Shown here piece by piece: positions 28,545 to 33,345 of a stretch of DNA of 33,345 bases; the stretch's first letter is position 1, and every line of letters starts with the position of its first letter. The translations under genes and the position numbers were made by a program. Below the pieces are notes generated by a model. It was not told the origin of the DNA and did no database searches. It was given only the letters and a program-made list of their open reading frames with translations. Origin of the DNA: an archaeon (GTDB lineage: Archaea > Halobacteriota > Syntropharchaeia > Alkanophagales > Methanospirareceae); the NCBI GenBank assembly GCA_030019325.1, contig JASEFB010000003.1, positions 1 to 33,345 of the forward strand, given 5' to 3'.

Positions 28545-28660
28545 GCGCTCTCTGATTCTCCGCTATTAAGATTATGTTAGGTGCTTTTATTTTTAGTCCT
28601 TTATTTTAATAGATTATTATTTTTGAAAAGTCACCAAAATATTATGAGGAGCAAATTGAA

Positions 28661-29914
28661 ATGCCAAAGGCAACAAATCTGATTGGAGCATACAACAACT
28701 TCGTTGTGGAGCCACTCAAGACGGAAGAGGAGTTTAGGGATTTTTATGTTGAGAGACCAAAGCGCACACCATCCCCTATAGAAGAACTGAAAGACAGGAT
28801 AGAGAATGCAGAAAGTGCTAAAAAATACATTTTCCTTGGTTTCAGAGGCTGTGGCAAGAGCACGGAACTGAACAGGCTTTCGCGATTGATTGATAAGGAG
28901 CATTTTATTATCGTTAGCTATTCAATCCGTGAAGAATTGGACGTTAGCGATTTCGATTTCCGGGATTTCTTTGCTTCCATGGCTTTGAAAATCTATGAAA
29001 CCGCTGAGAAGGAGGTGGATTTGGAAACGGATATTGAAGAGGATTTCAGGGAGTTCATGATGCACATTACAAAAGTTTCAGAGGAAGATGTCACGAGATA
29101 TAGCGAAACAGGAATATCGTTCTCGAAACTTATACTCCTGAAATTAGGAAGGGAAGCGAAGACATGGGAGTATGTTAGAAAAGAACTCGAAACGAAAATA
29201 AGTGACCTTATAGAAAAACTCAACTGGCTTATTCTGGAAGTGGAAAGCAAATCAACCAAGAGAATTGTGGTAATTGTTGATGACCTTGATAAGCTTGCTC
29301 GAGGAGAACAGGCGGAAAACTTCTTCTATAAAAACTACGGCTTGCTCATTCAACCAAATTGTTTCGTCATTTATACATTTCCCATACCTCTGGCGTTCAA
29401 TCCGTATTATGAGAATGTTCGACATGCCTTTGATGTGGATATTATCCTACCACATTTTCCGGTGAGAGATGGGGAGAAGAGGATAAACGAAGAAAATTTC
29501 AGCTTCTTCAAAGGAATAGTGGGGAAGCGGATGGATTTGGGCTTGATAGAAGAAGAAGCGTTGAAGGATGCTATATTATCTACTGGAAAAATTTCTGAGT
29601 TCATTTCGGTTATGAAGGATGCGACGATAAAAGCATATAGAAATGAAAGAACGAAGATAACACAAGAAGAAGTTGGAAAAGCGTTGGAGAAATTGAGGAG
29701 AACGTATGATCGAACACTCACCGAAGCGCATAAAAAGCGGCTTTTGGAAATTTATGAGAAAAAAGAAGCTCGTGATGAGAATACGAGCGATTCCACAAGT
29801 CGTGATTTGCTTTTTAGTTTAACTGCGGTTGAATATGAGGACGAAGAGGGATGGTGGTGCGATATAAATCCATTACTGATGCCGTTGGTGGAGAAATGGA
29901 AGCAAGCGGACTAG
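28661..29914 (+). CDS. P-loop ATPase (AAA/KAP/STAND-like)
   Basis: Walker A GFRGCGKST; Walker B VVIVDDLDK; C-terminal EY...WWCDINPL. Confidence 0.85.
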   Translation: MPKATNLIGAYNNFVVEPLKTEEEFRDFYVERPKRTPSPIEELKDRIENAESAKKYIFLGFRGCGKSTELNRLSRLIDKEHFIIVSYSIREELDVSDFDFRDFFASMALKIYETAEKEVDLETDIEEDFREFMMHITKVSEEDVTRYSETGISFSKLILLKLGREAKTWEYVRKELETKISDLIEKLNWLILEVESKSTKRIVVIVDDLDKLARGEQAENFFYKNYGLLIQPNCFVIYTFPIPLAFNPYYENVRHAFDVDIILPHFPVRDGEKRINEENFSFFKGIVGKRMDLGLIEEEALKDAILSTGKISEFISVMKDATIKAYRNERTKITQEEVGKALEKLRRTYDRTLTEAHKKRLLEIYEKKEARDENTSDSTSRDLLFSLTAVEYEDEEGWWCDINPLLMPLVEKWKQAD

Positions 29915-31197
29915 AGGATCTAGAGGAAATAGACACGATAATAGCAGAACTTGAGATTTCACAAGGTAAAGGGAACGTGATACTATGCGTGGTTAATTCT
30001 CCTGCTTATAGGGAGAAAATCATCCAAGTTTTACAAAGGAGATTCTCCACAAACGTGATTTCTGTCGAAACAGGTGAGCAAATCATCCGCACTTTGAAAG
30101 AGCAAGATTTCAAGAGTGTGGATGTTTTAATCTGGATTATGCCCGAAGAGCCTACCGAAGATTTACTGAACACTTTGAATAATTTTAGAGAGTTATTCTA
30201 CGATGCGAAGATACCCAATCTGGTGTTTTACAATCAGGCATTTTCTGAAGAAGTAATAAGAAAAGCACCGGATTTCTGGCGCTATAGAGGGAACTATTAC
30301 GAACTAAAAGAAGCAGAAAGAGGAATGGCTTTTGAGGCGCTTGAGACATTAGCCACTCCTTTCTCTTACCAAGACAAAGAGGACTTGCTGAGAAGGAAGC
30401 GGATAAATGAATATCTACTCGAAAGAGTCAGGGATAAGGAAGAAAAAGCTGATATTTTGTTAGAGTTGGGCGTGATATTCTATTATTCAGGAGATCTCGA
30501 TAAGGCATTGGAATATTACGAAAAGGCATTGGAACTGAATGATGAGTTGGGGATGAAAGAAGGAATAGCTGCTGTTTTTGGAAACATAGGCGCGGTATAC
30601 TTCACCAAAGGGGAACTTGATAAAGCTTTGCAATATTTTGAGAAGGCATTGAAGCTGAATGAGGAGTTGGGAAATAAAAAAGGAATGGCAAATCAGCTTG
30701 GAAATATGGGAGTCCTCTACTTCACTAAAGGAGAGTTAGATAAGGCATCAGGATCTTACAAGAAGGCATTGAAAATTTTTGAGGAGTCCGGAATAAAAGA
30801 GGGAATTGCAACACTGCTTGGAAACATAGGCGCTCTATACTTCACCAAAGGAGAACCTGACAAAGCTTTAGAATATTTAAGGAGGATATTGGGACTGCAT
30901 GATGAGTTTGGGAGCAAAGAAAGCTTAGCAAAAAACTTTGAAAACATAGGTGTCGTGTATTCCGCCAAAGGAGAACTTAACAAGGCGTTGGAATATTACG
31001 AGAAGGCATTGAAAATTTTCGAAGAGATGGGGAGCCGAATAGAAACAGCCAAAACAAAGGTGAACATTGGCGATATTTTTGCTCAAAAAGGAGATAAAGA
31101 GCGGGCGTTAGAGTATTATCGCGAAGCTAAAGATTTGGCTGCAGGAAGTTATGTTTTTGAATTCGTCAGTAAACGGATAAAGGAATTAAAAGAGTAG
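29896..31197 (+). CDS. TPR protein with N-terminal degenerate NTPase-like domain
   Basis: Start ATG 29896 overlaps the ATPase end; LNNFRE...APDFW motif; about six 40-aa TPR units. Confidence 0.85.
   Translation: MEASGLEDLEEIDTIIAELEISQGKGNVILCVVNSPAYREKIIQVLQRRFSTNVISVETGEQIIRTLKEQDFKSVDVLIWIMPEEPTEDLLNTLNNFRELFYDAKIPNLVFYNQAFSEEVIRKAPDFWRYRGNYYELKEAERGMAFEALETLATPFSYQDKEDLLRRKRINEYLLERVRDKEEKADILLELGVIFYYSGDLDKALEYYEKALELNDELGMKEGIAAVFGNIGAVYFTKGELDKALQYFEKALKLNEELGNKKGMANQLGNMGVLYFTKGELDKASGSYKKALKIFEESGIKEGIATLLGNIGALYFTKGEPDKALEYLRRILGLHDEFGSKESLAKNFENIGVVYSAKGELNKALEYYEKALKIFEEMGSRIETAKTKVNIGDIFAQKGDKERALEYYREAKDLAAGSYVFEFVSKRIKELKE
30466..31130 (+). repeat. 120-bp-period TPR-coding repeats
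   Basis: TTCAC(C/T)AAAGG recurs at 30601, 30721 and 30841, with TCCGCCAAAGG at 30961. Confidence 0.85.
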
Positions 31198-31201
31198 CAA
31201 A

Positions 31202-31573
31202 ATGCGTAAGATATTCGGCAACGCACAACAGGAATATAAACAGTGCATAGTTTTGAGAGAGGATTTGAAACTGTCGAAAGGAAAAGCAGCAGCACAAGCC
31301 GCTCATGCCTCACTGCTCAGTTACGAACGTGCTCCGGTGCGTGACAGAATGTACTGGAAAGCACAGGGGCAGAAGAAAGTGGTACTGAAAGTCCAGAGCC
31401 TTGAAGAATTATACGGCGTAAAGGATGAAGCTGAAAAGCTGGGATTGCCCTGTGCAATTGTAGAAGATGCAGGGCTAACTGAAATACCACCGGGGACGGT
31501 GACTGCATTAGGAATAGGCCCAGCACGTGCTGAAGAGATAGATAAGGTCACAAAGCATCTGGATTTACTGTAA
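31202..31573 (+). CDS. pth2: Peptidyl-tRNA hydrolase Pth2
   Basis: YKQCIVLREDLKLSKGKAAAQAAHAS, GQKKVVLKV, DAGLTEIPPGTVTALGIGP. Confidence 0.95.
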   Translation: MRKIFGNAQQEYKQCIVLREDLKLSKGKAAAQAAHASLLSYERAPVRDRMYWKAQGQKKVVLKVQSLEELYGVKDEAEKLGLPCAIVEDAGLTEIPPGTVTALGIGPARAEEIDKVTKHLDLL

Positions 31574-31587
31574 ACAAACCTTTTCTT

Positions 31588-31632
31588 ATGTGGGGCTCCG
31601 CCCCACGACCCCGCAAGCCCTGTAAGGGCTTA
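31588..31632. repeat. 45-bp double-hairpin REP-like element, copy 2 (intergenic after pth2)
   Basis: Identical to 25806-25850; sits between CTTTTCT and AGAAAAG. Confidence 0.92.
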
Positions 31633-31749
31633 TAGAAAAGCTTTACCAAAAGAAACAGGATAATTTTAACAGCGGATTTCATTTTTCTAAAGAAGAAAAA
31701 TGGGTTTCGAAGAGCGGGAAGATTATGGCGTGAAGTTGTACCGACTTAC

Positions 31750-32352
31750 ATGTCCGCTGAGGAAGGACCGACAAAGCTCTTCGTCGGTGGTCTGCACGGA
31801 AACGAAGGTCTGTACACAGCACCTATTCTTGAGCGTTTGGCGCAGGAGGAGATATACCTAGGAGAAGCGATAATTGTCCCCTGTTTGGTCGAATACAGCA
31901 GATACATCGGCGTTTTAGCCGAGGAATATTACCAGAGCAAAGAAGGTATGAACCTGCTTCTCCTCATCCAAGAATACAAGCCGAGTTTTTACTTCGAGCT
32001 GCACGCTTATGAAAAACCGTCATATTCACGCTTAACTGATCCTGAACGAGTGAAGAAGATAGGAGTTCCTCATTTTATTGACTTGGACGAGGGGATTCTC
32101 ATAGGGTCTATCGCACCTATTCTGAGGCGTAAATTCACCGAGCACGATTTTTGCATGACTATCGAGGTCCCGAAATGGAAATGCACGAACGAGAAGCTTA
32201 AAGAAAAAGTCCTGGAGGTTTTAAGAATAGGGCTAACGAAAGCGGATAGAGAAGAAGTGATGCACGAGTTCAGAATGAGGTACCCCCCGCAAATAAAAAT
32301 GGCTGAGCAGTTGTTCCACCAATACTACCGTAACAGGTTAAAGCCGTTTTAA
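31750..32352 (+). CDS. DUF2119 family protein (Zn-carboxypeptidase-like motifs)
   Basis: KLFVGGLHGNEG, YFELHAY, GILIGSIAP, CMTIEVP. Confidence 0.75.
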   Translation: MSAEEGPTKLFVGGLHGNEGLYTAPILERLAQEEIYLGEAIIVPCLVEYSRYIGVLAEEYYQSKEGMNLLLLIQEYKPSFYFELHAYEKPSYSRLTDPERVKKIGVPHFIDLDEGILIGSIAPILRRKFTEHDFCMTIEVPKWKCTNEKLKEKVLEVLRIGLTKADREEVMHEFRMRYPPQIKMAEQLFHQYYRNRLKPF

Positions 32353-32475
32353 GTGGTAATGAGCCGCTTGCTTCCATAAGTGGATAGGTTTTTATAAACT
32401 GCGGAATATAGGTTACTCAGCGTTTCACTCGAGAAACAACCGCAAAGAAACAGCGAACTTTAAGTGAGTAGAAAA

Positions 32476-33345
32476 ATGAGAGAAAAAGTGGCATTTAAAT
32501 GCTTAGTGCCAATGCTTATACTTGCGTTCCTTTTAATCTCAATACACCAATCTTGCGCTTACACTTCTTCTGATAAAACAGCACCACCAACATTGATCAT
32601 AACCGAAGTCTATCCAGACACTGCTACGAAAAACGAGCTGGACGAATACATTACAATAACCAACCCCTGCGTTCATCCTGTTGATATCGAAGGCTGGAGC
32701 ATAACAGATCATGAAGGAACAATCATATTCCCATTTTTTGAAGTCTATCAAAATCAAACAATATACGTAACGAGAAACGCTTCGGCATTCGTAGAGCAGA
32801 TGACCCTGACAAGTAAAGTCATTTATCCTAATTTTGAATACGGCTCGGACTCTGATCCAAAGGTTACTCAAATGCAGACCGAGGGAAGAGCATTTGTGTT
32901 GCGGAATACCGGTGATGAAGTAATACTGCGAGATAAAAGTGGACGAGAAGTGGATGTCGTGATATACGGGGACTCCTCCTACGAAGGAGCTGGTTGGCGT
33001 GGCGCGTCTTTAGAGAAACCGAGAGAAGGAATGATCTTGAGACGGAAGGATATTCAAGACACGAATCAGTGCGAAGACTGGCTTGTTCTTCCCTTTGGGA
33101 GTTCTTACCACGCACCAGAGAAATTCTCCCTATACAGCGATGTTACCGCTTTTGTCTCGCCTGATTGTAGTTTCTTCGTTCTGCAACGGGAGATAGAACA
33201 TGCCTCCTCCTCGTTGTACCTCAACCTGTATCAGTTTGAACATCCCTGCCTCATGGACGTTGTTGTGGATGCCTTAAATCGGGGCGTGAACGTGTATCTG
33301 CTGCTCGAAGGCAGTCCTGTTGGCGGAATCACTGATGAAGAGCGG
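32476..33345 (+). CDS. Secreted lamin-tail-domain / phospholipase D-like protein (partial, runs off the window)
   Basis: Signal peptide; IITEVYP...DEYITITN...GWSITD (LTD); LRNTGDEVIL; AFVSPD...SLYLNLYQF...ALNRGVNVYLLLEG (PLD N-half). Not in the ORF track because there is no stop. Confidence 0.8.
   Translation, partial: MREKVAFKCLVPMLILAFLLISIHQSCAYTSSDKTAPPTLIITEVYPDTATKNELDEYITITNPCVHPVDIEGWSITDHEGTIIFPFFEVYQNQTIYVTRNASAFVEQMTLTSKVIYPNFEYGSDSDPKVTQMQTEGRAFVLRNTGDEVILRDKSGREVDVVIYGDSSYEGAGWRGASLEKPREGMILRRKDIQDTNQCEDWLVLPFGSSYHAPEKFSLYSDVTAFVSPDCSFFVLQREIEHASSSLYLNLYQFEHPCLMDVVVDALNRGVNVYLLLEGSPVGGITDEER

Overview
Archaeal chromosomal window, inferred to be from a Halobacteriota methanogen/ANME-type organism (SepCysS, PGF-CTERM protein, beta-RFA-P synthase, DUF2119, Sec61beta, Pth2). 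The exact taxon cannot be fixed from sequence alone. All family assignments come from motif recognition, not database searches. Core genes are pscS, tRNA-Leu(TAG), ftsZ, an mptG-like gene, moaC, secG, valS and pth2. The main accessory block (about 5.2-14.4 kb, all minus strand, mostly tightly coupled) is a defence-type island. Its order is radC, a single-chain restriction-modification (R-M-S) enzyme fused to an MNT nucleotidyltransferase, HEPN, a HEPN-like orphan, an SPL-like radical SAM enzyme, a TcmP-like methyltransferase-fold protein, MNT remnants, an MNT/HepT pair and a methyltransferase remnant. Two copies of a ~100-bp MNT-derived direct repeat bracket the central 3.9-kb cassette. Mobile DNA includes a complete but frameshifted IS5-family element (TIRs plus 9-bp TSD), a 438-bp non-autonomous element (TIRs plus TSD) and a truncated tandem DUF1670-like unit. 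A 45-bp double-hairpin REP-like repeat occurs twice, once as an apparent in-frame insertion in moaC.
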